Shown: piece by piece, positions 6,939-14,573 of the stretch | Position numbering within the stretch: position 1 is the first letter of the stretch | Layout of the letters: each line of letters opens with the position of its first letter | Source of the DNA: Streptosporangium sp. NPDC051022 | GTDB taxonomy: Bacteria; Actinomycetota; Actinomycetes; Streptosporangiales; Streptosporangiaceae | Direction of reading: 5' to 3' | DNA: 24,000 bases | Assembly: GCF_040683035.1 (NCBI RefSeq) | Contig: NZ_JBFBCF010000032.1 | Location: 47,503-71,502 of the forward strand | The notes under the pieces: generated by a model | What the model saw: only the letters and a program-made list of their open reading frames with translations | What the model was told of the DNA's origin: nothing | Databases searched by the model: none | Made by a program: the position numbers and the translations under genes

Positions 6939-7712
6939 TCATTGAGTCTTCTTTCTCGGGATGATCGCGGTCGTCGCCTCGGCAGCCGCCCGGGAGACCT
7001 CCGGCACGACCGAGGCGTAGACGTCGGCGGTGAAGCTGTAGCGGGCGTGGCCCAGTGTGGCGGAGACGACCTTCATGTCCACCCCGGTGGCGAGCATCAG
7101 TGTGGCCGCGCAGTGGCGAAGGTCGTGGAACCGGATCGGCGGGAGCCCGGCAGCCTTCAGGATGGCTGTGAACCGCTCGGAGACGTACTCCTCGCGCAGC
7201 GCCGACCCGTCCTCGGCGGTGTAGATCAGCCCGGTGTCGATCCAGTCGGCGCCGGCCGCCAGGCGCTCGCGTCGCTGGGCCGCGCGCCATGCCTTCAACA
7301 GCCTGATGTTGGTGTCGTCCAGAGCGACCGTCCGCCAGGATGGATCGGACTTCAGGCCGTCGTCGTCATCGTCGTCGGACTCCAGCAGACTCAAGGTTTT
7401 CGAGTCGCTCAGGTCGGTATCCGCCCATCGGGCGCCGCACGCCTCGCCGCGGCGCAGGCCGCGCGTGGCGGCGAGGTGGTACAGCGAGTAGAGGCGCTCA
7501 CCGCGCTCCTCGGCGACGTCGAGGAAACGGCCGCACAGCTCCGGCGACGAGCGATTATCCGCCGGGCACGCACGTGTAGCCTCAGGAGCGGTGGGGTCTC
7601 GGACGTGCGGCCGCTCGACTGAGGCCCCACCCAGAACACTGCAGCGCCCCGTCGTCTCTTCGGAGGCGGCGGGGCGCTTCGTCGTTTTCGGGGAGCCCGT
7701 CCGCCCGCTGGC
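6939..7712 (-). pseudogene. Tyrosine recombinase/integrase with the catalytic C-terminal part only (5'-truncated remnant)
   Basis: Track ORF 6939-7394, extended by my own translation up to an in-frame stop at 7713-7715: ..PELCGRFLDVAEERGERLYSLYHLAATRGLRRGEACGARWADTDL..., FHDLRHCAATLML and LGHARYSFTADVY (R, HxxR and Y catalytic signature). The roughly 150-200-aa N-terminal arm-binding/SAM-like region is missing and is replaced by the 3' end of an unrelated gene. Confidence 0.75.
7644..7677. terminator. 15-bp GC-rich hairpin (loop TTCG) downstream of the 7713-8000 gene
   Basis: GCGCCCCGTCGTCTC-TTCG-GAGGCGGCGGGGCGC. It is perfect with G-U pairs only when read as plus-strand RNA (then followed by TTCGTCGTTTTCGG). 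As minus-strand RNA it has two A-C mismatches. Orientation is therefore ambiguous. Confidence 0.55.
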
Positions 7713-8000
7713 TCAGGAGCTCAGGAGGAAGTAGCTGAAATACCAGCCGGGACGAGGGACATCGTCGGCGGTGTACTCGCACGGTTCGGCGTCCAGGACG
7801 GGGCGGTTCGCGAGGATAAAGTCCCGGTGGTCGTTGCACGTTCTCCTGCTGGCGAAGGGGCCTGCCAGCACAAAGCGTGGGACGGTCTGAGCAGTGACGG
7901 AGCTGATCTGAACGGCGGAAGCGGGCGCGGCACCGGCCAGGACGGCGGCGCCCAACGCTGCCGTCAGCAGGGCTGCGGCTGAGAGTTGGCGAATCTTCAC
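7713..8000 (-). CDS. Small secreted protein (Sec signal peptide, 2 Cys, aromatic C-terminus ..GWYFSYFLLSS), paralog 1
   Basis: GTG start preceded by AGGAGCC. The signal is MKIRQLSAAALLTAALGAAVLAGAAPASA. It is a paralog of 8160-8450, with the signal peptide, two Cys and the YF..LL tail conserved. Confidence 0.75.
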   Translation of the reverse strand: MKIRQLSAAALLTAALGAAVLAGAAPASAVQISSVTAQTVPRFVLAGPFASRRTCNDHRDFILANRPVLDAEPCEYTADDVPRPGWYFSYFLLSS

Positions 8001-8159
8001 GGGTGGCTCCTTACGGCTGGGCAGAAGGACGTCTTCGGATGGGTACTGATCCAGAGGGGACAGGGAGTTCGCGCTTCCCTGGGCTGGCGCGGGACGTGAA
8101 TGGCGCTACGGAAAGCCGCTCGGGCCTGACCGCGTCGCTGGACTTCTCCGCCCACTGGC

Positions 8160-8450
8160 TCAGTAGGCGAGGAGGAAGTAGTAGCCGTCCGGAGTGCTCT
8201 GGCTGCCGCCGGAGCCGTAGTAGTGAAAGCAGGGGGAGACATAGCCGAAGTAGCCATGTGTGCTGGCGTACATCTGCCGGCTCTGGCACTCGGCGTCGGT
8301 GGTGTAAGGGCCCTGCGGATCAACGCGCATGGCGGCCTGAGCGACGGCGGAGCCGATCTGGGGGGCGGCGGAGGTAGGGGCGGCACCGGCCAGGACGGCG
8401 GCGCCCAGCGCCGTCGCGAGCAGCACGGCAGGTAATCGGCGGATCTTCAT
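8160..8450 (-). CDS. Small secreted protein (Sec signal peptide, 2 Cys, aromatic/Gly-rich, C-terminus ..GYYFLLAY), paralog 2
   Basis: ATG preceded by GAGGAGCC. The signal is MKIRRLPAVLLATALGAAVLAGAAPTSA. About 50 nt of the 5' UTR is also conserved with paralog 1. Confidence 0.75.
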   Translation of the reverse strand: MKIRRLPAVLLATALGAAVLAGAAPTSAAPQIGSAVAQAAMRVDPQGPYTTDAECQSRQMYASTHGYFGYVSPCFHYYGSGGSQSTPDGYYFLLAY

Positions 8451-8746
8451 GGTGGCTCCTCAGTCGGGCGGAAGGACACCTTCAGAGGAGCACCGATCGG
8501 CCAGGCCGGGGAGCTCTCGGTTTTCCATATTTCGGCTGCATGGCGTGCCGTCCGCAGGCTGTTTCGCCAGGCCTGAACGGCAGAGCGCCCTGCCCGCTCA
8601 CGACTCATCGGCACCGGGGACGGGACCTGGTCTTGCGAGCCGTTACATGATCATGACGTGGCGATGACAGATCAAGTACAGAGGCGGGTCAGGGTGATGG
8701 GCGGTCAGTGACCTGCTGCCACCCCATCCACTCGGAGGTCGATCGA

Positions 8747-9418
8747 ATGATGCGCTCTCTCACCCTGTCCACCGCCGTGGTCTTCACGGTGACGGCCTTC
8801 AGCATGGCCCTCGCGCCCGCCGCGGGCGCTGTCCCGTCTGCTCCTGGCAGCGCCGGGCAGCGCCCACCCGGCGGCAAACACTGTGTGGTGCACCTGGCCC
8901 CCGGCTCGCACTCGGTCGCGCCGTCCGGCCAGCGTTTGGTCCTGCTGTCGGTCCAGAACAGGACCTGTTACCGCACCTTCACCGAGGCCATCGCCGACGC
9001 CACTGGCGGGAGGATCACCGACGCTCCCCGCGAAGCCGCCACCGCCATGGCCGACCCCGAATTCGACCGCCGCATGAACGCTCTTGGCCAGACCAACGAC
9101 CAGGCGACCATGCAGGGTAGTTGGGTCCCTCTCAGTCTTGAGTTTGAGCACGGCAACTACGGCGGTGACAGCACGGCCATACACATTTCGTATCCTGCCT
9201 GCACTCCCAAACACGATGTCTTGACTCTACTCAATCTGGATGGTTCTGATAAATTTGGCCGGTGGAACGACAAGATCTCCTCCTTCCGTTCCTATGGTGA
9301 CTGCGAGGTCAATCACTACGAGCACTTCGACTTCGGGGGTGACAGCACCGGCTGGAGCCGCAACGCCGGGTGGCTCGGCTCCATGAACGACAAGACCAGC
9401 TCCATCGCGTGGCAATAA
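8747..9418 (+). CDS. Secreted protein with a C-terminal beta/gamma-crystallin-type (Greek-key; SKLP/peptidase-inhibitor-I36-like) domain
   Basis: ATG at 8747 lies 8 nt after GGAGG. The signal peptide is MMRSLTLSTAVVFTVTAFSMALAPAAGA. There are two Greek-key signatures: EFEHGNYGGDS...WNDKISSFRSY and VNHYEHFDFGGDS...MNDKTSSIAW. Confidence 0.8.
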   Translation: MMRSLTLSTAVVFTVTAFSMALAPAAGAVPSAPGSAGQRPPGGKHCVVHLAPGSHSVAPSGQRLVLLSVQNRTCYRTFTEAIADATGGRITDAPREAATAMADPEFDRRMNALGQTNDQATMQGSWVPLSLEFEHGNYGGDSTAIHISYPACTPKHDVLTLLNLDGSDKFGRWNDKISSFRSYGDCEVNHYEHFDFGGDSTGWSRNAGWLGSMNDKTSSIAWQ

Positions 9419-9530
9419 GGGATTGACGTCCCCGGGCCGGGCTGACGCGTGCCCCCATGAGCACCCTTCTTGAGCTGAAGGGACACGCGGCGCTGGGGAT
9501 GGCAGACGTAACGGGCCTGAACAACAGGAC

Positions 9531-9580
9531 GCCCTGCTCGCCCTCCTGCGTGGAGGGCGAGCAGGGCGCTTGTTTCTCGT
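9531..9580 (+). terminator. Strong rho-independent terminator
   Basis: A perfect 16-bp stem, GCCCTGCTCGCCCTCC-TGCGT-GGAGGGCGAGCAGGGC, is followed by GCTTGTTTCTCGT. Confidence 0.85.
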
Positions 9581-9872
9581 ATCAGCCCTAATCTCTCCGA
9601 GTTCCAGGGTGTATTGATTTGCGCTACTTGTTGCCGTTTTTGGCTGATGTGGGCAGGCATATAAAGGTAGCCCCTTGCGGAAACGGCGCATAGTCGCCTG
9701 TGAAAACTGTCTCCGTGGAAAGGCGTGGTCAAGTAGCCTTTCCTCGCATGGGTCACAAGACGCTCACCTGAATGTTTCTCACGTCTGTGCCACGTCATCG
9801 GGTCGGTACTACCCGGTGAACACCAGGCGGAGGACGGCCGGCCTTTCCGGCCATCAGGTGAGGAACCGTCGC

Positions 9873-10034
9873 GTGACGTCAGCACCCCTCCCGTCCCCCG
9901 ACGGGGACAAGCGTGAGAGGTCGTCGCGGATCTACAGCACAGCGAAGAAGGTGTTTTTCTTCCTGTTGGTCCGCGGGCTCTGGGAGATGATCCGCCTGCT
10001 GTGGCGGGGCACTCCCTGGGACGACGTCCTGTAA
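9873..10034 (+). CDS. Small hypothetical protein (about 53 aa, or about 69 aa from GTG 9826) with a basic N-terminus and one hydrophobic helix (KKVFFFLLVRGLWEMIRLLW)
   Basis: Only the 3' third of track ORF 9675-10034 has high GC3 (about 47 of 53 codons end in G or C). GTG 9873 is preceded by GGTGAGGA. No family was recognised. Confidence 0.4.
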   Translation: MTSAPLPSPDGDKRERSSRIYSTAKKVFFFLLVRGLWEMIRLLWRGTPWDDVL

Positions 10035-10181
10035 GGACACCGCCCCAAGAGAGCCATCTCATGCCGCTTGCGTGCCCGTCAGGACGGTGATCAAGGGGGA
10101 CTCACGGGGAACCATGGGTACTCACCCCCCTCCCCAGCAGGTCAGCGTCTTCCCAGCTCAGTGACCGGGTGCGATAGAGAC

Positions 10182-10213
10182 TTCCCAAGCTGACAGCGCG
10201 GGTTCGATTCCCG
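10182..10213 (+). other. tRNA-Gly-like fragment (anticodon loop, 3' anticodon stem, 4-nt variable loop and T arm) without acceptor stem or D arm
   Basis: TTCCCAA-GCTGA-CAGC-GCGGG-TTCGATT-CCCG closely resembles ..CTTCCAAGCTGAnnGCGCGGGTTCGATTCCCG.. of bacterial tRNA-Gly as I remember it. The flanks do not complete a cloverleaf. Confidence 0.4.
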
Positions 10214-10225
10214 GAGAATGGGCGA

Positions 10226-10627
10226 ATGACCCATGATCCAGTCGAACCTGTCCTTGTTATCGGCTCAGACGAGCCCATCGAACTCGTCGGCAAGGAGCTG
10301 TACACGGTCGCGTTCGTGAGGGACTACGTCGAGTTCCACTTCAACGAGGCGAAGCTCACGGCATTGACTGACCCCCGTATACAAAAGGACTCCCAGGCTT
10401 GGGTCTTCCCTCAGTCAGGATCACGAGACGCTCTGTGCGCTCTCATTGATAAGACAGTTCAAGCTGTCAGCCTCAGGGGCGATGAGCACATCTTGCTTGA
10501 CTTCGGAGATGCCACCCTCACCATCCCTCTGGACGAAGGCAGTCGCCTTCCCGGCCCAGAGGCTGCACACTTCTTCCTTCTCAGCGAAGATGGGACAGCT
10601 CGAATTAAAGAGATGAGGGTCTGGTAG
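10226..10627 (+). CDS. Hypothetical 133-aa acidic protein
   Basis: Track ORF with an ATG start, in a lower-GC region. No family was recognised. Confidence 0.6.
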   Translation: MTHDPVEPVLVIGSDEPIELVGKELYTVAFVRDYVEFHFNEAKLTALTDPRIQKDSQAWVFPQSGSRDALCALIDKTVQAVSLRGDEHILLDFGDATLTIPLDEGSRLPGPEAAHFFLLSEDGTARIKEMRVW

Positions 10628-10665
10628 CGCCGGCGGTCATCTCAGCCCGACCCATTGAGTCCAGG

Positions 10666-10683
10666 GTTGCAGTTCGGGTTGCA
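10666..10683 (+). repeat. Doubled motif GTTGCAGTTC-GG-GTTGCA, the start of the segment homologous to 6686-6745
   Basis: See feature 6686-6703. The similarity continues to about 10730, up to the MarR stop codon. Confidence 0.6.
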
Positions 10684-10727
10684 GTACAGGGGCATTCAGA
10701 GCCGTTCGGGGATGTTCCCAGCCGGCG

Positions 10728-11231
10728 TCAGTGTTGGGTGATCGCTGAGAAGTCCCGTACGAAGCGGGTCAGGAGGTGGGCAAGGGCGGCTCGGTCTTCG
10801 GCGGTCCAGCCGACCGTGGCCTCGGCGATGATCCCGCAGCGGAATGTCCGAATCTGTGCGAGCACGTCCCCTCCTTCGGGGGTGAGGGCCAGCAACGACC
10901 GGCGGCCGTCGTGCTGGTCGGCCTGACGTCGCAGCAGCCCGGCCTGGAGGGCCTGCGAGGCGAGTCGGCTTGCCCTGGGCTGGTCGACGCCGAGCAGGGC
11001 TGCGGCCTCGGTGACGGTCAGCGCCGAGCCCGGCCTCTCGGCCGCCTCGACCGCGTCGAGTAGCTCGAAGACCGCGTCGGGCAGCCCGGCGTGGCGGCCG
11101 GCCTGCTCGCCGCGACGCTTCGCCAGCCCCGCCAGTGCGCGGCGCTGCCGGCTGCGGCGCAAGGCGACGACGGCCGTCTCGATGACCGCCACATCCGTAC
11201 TCGGCTTGCCCGCCACGATCCCTCCATGCAT
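10728..11231 (-). CDS. MarR-family transcriptional regulator
   Basis: ATG at 11231 (track start TTG 11243 is an alternative). The winged-HTH core is LTVTEAAALLGVDQPRASRLASQALQAGLLRRQADQHDGRRSLLALTPEG. Confidence 0.85.
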   Translation of the reverse strand: MHGGIVAGKPSTDVAVIETAVVALRRSRQRRALAGLAKRRGEQAGRHAGLPDAVFELLDAVEAAERPGSALTVTEAAALLGVDQPRASRLASQALQAGLLRRQADQHDGRRSLLALTPEGGDVLAQIRTFRCGIIAEATVGWTAEDRAALAHLLTRFVRDFSAITQH

Positions 11232-11247
11232 AATCGAAGACAATTAT

Positions 11248-11261
11248 ATGTAATCTTACAT
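11248..11261. promoter_or_regulatory. Inverted repeat ATGTAA-TC-TTACAT between the divergent MarR genes. Candidate shared operator.
   Basis: Read directly. It lies in the AT-rich intergenic core gacaattatATGTAATCTTACATgc and overlaps the ATG at 11260. Confidence 0.5.
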
Positions 11262-11715
11262 GCAACTTGGAGGGTTCGTGGACGCACCCAAGCCCATCGG
11301 CTACTGGCTCAAGCACCTGCACAACCTGCTGGAGAGGCAGCTCGACGTGACCCTCGCCGACCTCGGTCTCGGACGCCGGCACTGGCAGATCCTCAACACC
11401 CTCGCCCGCGGCGAGGCCACCCGCGACGAGCTCAGGGCGGCCCTCGCCCCCTTCTGGACACCGGGTGAGCCGGACCTGGACAGAGTCCTGGAGGACGTCA
11501 CCGCCCGCGGCTGGACCCGGCCCGGTCACTCTCCCGAGGGGAACCTCCTCGCCCTCGCCGACGAGGGACGCGCCGCTCACGCGGACATCGCAGTACGTGT
11601 TGATGCGACCCGCGCAGCGGTGCTCAGGGACCTGACGTCCGAGCAGTACACCGAAACCGTACGGATCCTGTCGGTCATGGCGGGCAATGTGGAAGCGGAT
11701 CTCGCCACCCGGTAG
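11260..11715 (+). CDS. MarR-family transcriptional regulator (alternative start GTG 11278)
   Basis: IGYWLKHLHNLLERQLDVTLADLGLGRRHWQILNTLARGEATRDELRAAL... is a typical MarR layout. It is divergent from 10728-11231. Confidence 0.8.
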   Translation: MQLGGFVDAPKPIGYWLKHLHNLLERQLDVTLADLGLGRRHWQILNTLARGEATRDELRAALAPFWTPGEPDLDRVLEDVTARGWTRPGHSPEGNLLALADEGRAAHADIAVRVDATRAAVLRDLTSEQYTETVRILSVMAGNVEADLATR

Positions 11716-11871
11716 TGCCGGTGTCCGGTGGTGTCCGGTGGTCAGGTCGTGGCCCGGATCGCCCGGCCACCCCGGCGGATGCCTTGATCGGCCGAGGCTG
11801 AGCTGTGGCTCCGCAGGTCGAGCAAGATCGGAATGCGTCTTTGCAAGCGGGAGGTCGCGGGCGGCGAAAGC

Positions 11872-12261
11872 TCAAAGGCCGTTGTGCTCCGCCCACTCCG
11901 CCAGCGTCTGTATCGGCCCGTTCATCAGCTTGCGGGCGATCTCTGTCTTCGTGGCACGGTCAAGATTCTCCGGTAACCGGTCGAACGAAGCAGGTAAGAC
12001 ATCCAACAGGGCGTAGACCTGCTGGCCGTCTCGTACGGTCAGCAGCAGCATGCAGCGCCAATGCGGCGAATACTCTGGCCGATGTTCCAAGCGATGAACA
12101 AGCGCCGGCCACAGATAGTGAGTCGCTGTGCGGTCGGCATGCTCAGACAGTAACGCGACGCCTTGCAACTGGCTCAGTCCGCACTTCTCCGCTTCCGCGT
12201 TGAGTTGGAGGAGCTCGGTCGTGTCGACTGCCCTAACCGTTCGCGGGATCTCTGAAGACAC
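11872..12261 (-). CDS. Hypothetical 129-aa protein
   Basis: Track ORF with a GTG start. No family was recognised. Confidence 0.55.
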   Translation of the reverse strand: MSSEIPRTVRAVDTTELLQLNAEAEKCGLSQLQGVALLSEHADRTATHYLWPALVHRLEHRPEYSPHWRCMLLLTVRDGQQVYALLDVLPASFDRLPENLDRATKTEIARKLMNGPIQTLAEWAEHNGL

Positions 12262-12379
12262 GGTTCAAGCATTCCGCAGTACTGATCGTGGGGAGGACCG
12301 GATCGGGGCCAGATGTTCCCCCGGCCGGTCTCATGAACGCATGGTGTGGCGGCTGATCACTGCTGTCCTGCGAGGGCTC

Positions 12380-12808
12380 TCACGTCTTGGCGGGGACGGG
12401 CCATCGGTGCCCGGCGGCATGCAGCGCGCCGAGAGCGGTGAGGTCGTTCGTCACCATCACTTGTGCCAGCCGGGCGGCAGCGGCCAGTACGGCCGGCCAT
12501 CCGGCCGATTCCATGTACGCCTCGTCGGCGGCGGTCGCCCCCACGAACTCCTGCACTTCGACATAAGCGGCGCCGAGGTCGGCCATCAGCGCAACCTCCT
12601 CATCGGTGCGGAGACTTTTCCCCAGCCAGGGCTCCGGCGCGGATGCATCGCAGAAATCGTCGAAGAGAACGTGGACCACATAGTCGAGATTCTCAAACGT
12701 GGTGGGATCCAGCCACACCTCACGTTGCCAGGACGGACTCGCGAGTGCGACGACTGCGGGAACTATGTGCAGGCGGTACTGGGGGAGCTCGATGCCGTGA
12801 TCGACCAT
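12380..12808 (-). CDS. Hypothetical 142-aa acidic protein
   Basis: Internal ATG at 12808 of track ORF 12380-13036. The upstream 76 aa look non-coding (low-complexity, and they overlap the plus-strand ORF). No family is claimed. Confidence 0.55.
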   Translation of the reverse strand: MVDHGIELPQYRLHIVPAVVALASPSWQREVWLDPTTFENLDYVVHVLFDDFCDASAPEPWLGKSLRTDEEVALMADLGAAYVEVQEFVGATAADEAYMESAGWPAVLAAAARLAQVMVTNDLTALGALHAAGHRWPVPAKT

Positions 12809-12958
12809 TCGGCCAGGGTAGTAAGAGGCTGATCGTCGGGCTACGCATAGTCGTGATCCAGCTCCGTACGCCCCCGTTCCAGGTGGACCAAATGGGCCGA
12901 TCGATTGACGTTCACCTGCAGGATGTTCGCCACCGAAATTGTTCGGGTGACAGCTGAC

Positions 12959-13264
12959 ATGATCACTGTGAATCTCGGACCAGCCGACGCGCTCGTCGTC
13001 AACAACGCCCTCAACGAGATCTGCAACGGTGTTCACCTCGACGGACGGGATTTTCAGCCCCGCATGGGGATCGACCGAGAGCAGGCGTTCGCCGTACTGC
13101 GCATGGTCAACGGCTCCATCAAGGTGATGAGGGAACGACGCCTGGCCGAGGGCAAGGAGGGGGAGACCGCCGGGCCGTCAGGCGGAGTGACCAGGGGCGG
13201 CCGTGACCGTTCACCGCTGGTCGAACACCCGGTTCGGTCGCCCCGCCTGCCGTACCGGAGATGA
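12959..13264 (+). CDS. Hypothetical 101-aa protein
   Basis: ATG 12959 within track ORF 12905-13264. GC3 is high from that ATG onward. No family was recognised. Confidence 0.45.
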   Translation: MITVNLGPADALVVNNALNEICNGVHLDGRDFQPRMGIDREQAFAVLRMVNGSIKVMRERRLAEGKEGETAGPSGGVTRGGRDRSPLVEHPVRSPRLPYRR

Positions 13265-13350
13265 AGGCGAGATCGGGATTCCCCCGCGCGTCCCCGGTCC
13301 CTGATCCGTTCGGTCACCACGCGGGAATCGTGTCGCCTTCCGGGTTCCTG

Positions 13351-13707
13351 TCAGTCGATCGGTTCGAGGAACTCCAGGCGGTTGCCGTGGGGATCCTCGC
13401 TGTGGAAGCGGCGCATTCCCGGAATGTCGTCGTTGAAGACGACGGGATATCCGGCCTTGCGCAGGCGTTGGGCCCATTGGTCGATGTCGCGGACCAAAAG
13501 GCCAGGGTGCGCCTTGCGGGCCGGGCGGAAGTCGGCCTCGACCCCAAGGTGCAACTCGATGCCGTCGTGACCGCGGAACCAGCATCCGCCGCGCGAGGCG
13601 AGGGCGGGAGGCTTGGGAATCTCCACCAGCCCGAGCACGCCTTCGTAGAAGGCCCGGAGGGCGGGTTCACTGTTGGGGGGACAGGCCAGCTGGACATGAT
13701 GAAGCAT
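13351..13707 (-). CDS. VOC-family (glyoxalase/bleomycin-resistance/dioxygenase fold) protein
   Basis: ATG 13707 lies 6 nt after GGAGGGA. MLHHVQLACPP..AFYEGVLGL...GIELHLG....HPGLLV.D.....RL...G.......IPG.RRFH..DP.GNRLEF is the typical VOC pattern. Confidence 0.85.
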   Translation of the reverse strand: MLHHVQLACPPNSEPALRAFYEGVLGLVEIPKPPALASRGGCWFRGHDGIELHLGVEADFRPARKAHPGLLVRDIDQWAQRLRKAGYPVVFNDDIPGMRRFHSEDPHGNRLEFLEPID

Positions 13708-14111
13708 CGCGACTCCCTCCATGTATCTTGATATGAAGATACTTCATCGTGTTGTGAGGCGCGCTCTACCAGCCCATACTCGGCGAGGCCCGGTGAGCTC
13801 CGAGAAGACCCGACAGGCCTCGGTGGGGCTCGGCGGGGTTGGGCGGGGTTGGGCGGCGGGTGGCGCGGCCGGTGAACGTCACGCACACGGCCGTCCCGTC
13901 GCCGCGGCCGTTCACCGCCGCAGGCGGCCGCACTGCCGCCCACGGCCGTTCCGGGCGGCTCTCGGCCGCCATCCGCCATCCGCCATCCGGCGTTCGGTGT
14001 TCCGTGTCGCCAGATCGGCCCGGAAGCCGTGGAAAAGCCCTCCCGGCACATGACGGGGCGATCTTCCACAAGCTGGGACGGAGCCGGAATCGTGCCGCCA
14101 TAATCCGGCCT

Positions 14112-14573
14112 GTGAAACTCGAAATCGACCCGGAACGCAAGATCCACACGGGAACCTGCGACTGCTGCGGAACCCCCTTCGAGCGCGTGACGGGGTTCAT
14201 CAACAACGACGACGGCGCCTACGCCATCTACTACGCCTCCTGCTACCACCACGACGGAGTCCACGAAGCCTGGATCGACGTCGTTCTCGACGACGCGTGG
14301 AACCCCGACGACCCCGTGAGCACGCCCGGCCCCAACCGCGTCACCATCGGATGCCGTGTCGGCCCCGTCGCCAACGACCCCGACCCCGCGTGCACGCTGG
14401 TCCCCGCCGCGTCCGTCGCCCCCGACACCCCTTTCTACGGCCGCAAACTGGATCGTGACGAGGCGCTCCGGCACCCGTGGCTGCCCGCCTACTGGCAGAC
14501 CGTCGACCACATCCTGGAACACGACGGCACCGTCCGGCAGCACATCTACGGCATCCCGGCGGACACTCCCTGA
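14112..14573 (+). CDS. Hypothetical 153-aa protein with Cys/His cluster (CDCCG....SCYHH)
   Basis: GTG 14112 within track ORF 13839-14573. The upstream part is R/P/A-rich and looks non-coding. No family was recognised. Confidence 0.6.
   Translation: MKLEIDPERKIHTGTCDCCGTPFERVTGFINNDDGAYAIYYASCYHHDGVHEAWIDVVLDDAWNPDDPVSTPGPNRVTIGCRVGPVANDPDPACTLVPAASVAPDTPFYGRKLDRDEALRHPWLPAYWQTVDHILEHDGTVRQHIYGIPADTP

Noticed and set aside
9830-10222. tmRNA, suggested by the GGGTTCGATTCCC T-arm at the end of a gene-poor stretch
   Set aside because: There is no 5' acceptor strand complementary to the 3' end, no CCA context, and no tag-peptide reading frame ending in ..ALAA. The size and position are not supported.
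13833-13987. Short microsatellite-like repeats (GCGGGGTTGG x2 at 13833-13852 and GCCATCC x3 at 13967-13987)
   Set aside because: They have only 2-3 copies of very GC-rich short units in an intergenic region. That is within what high-GC DNA produces by chance, so no functional claim is made.
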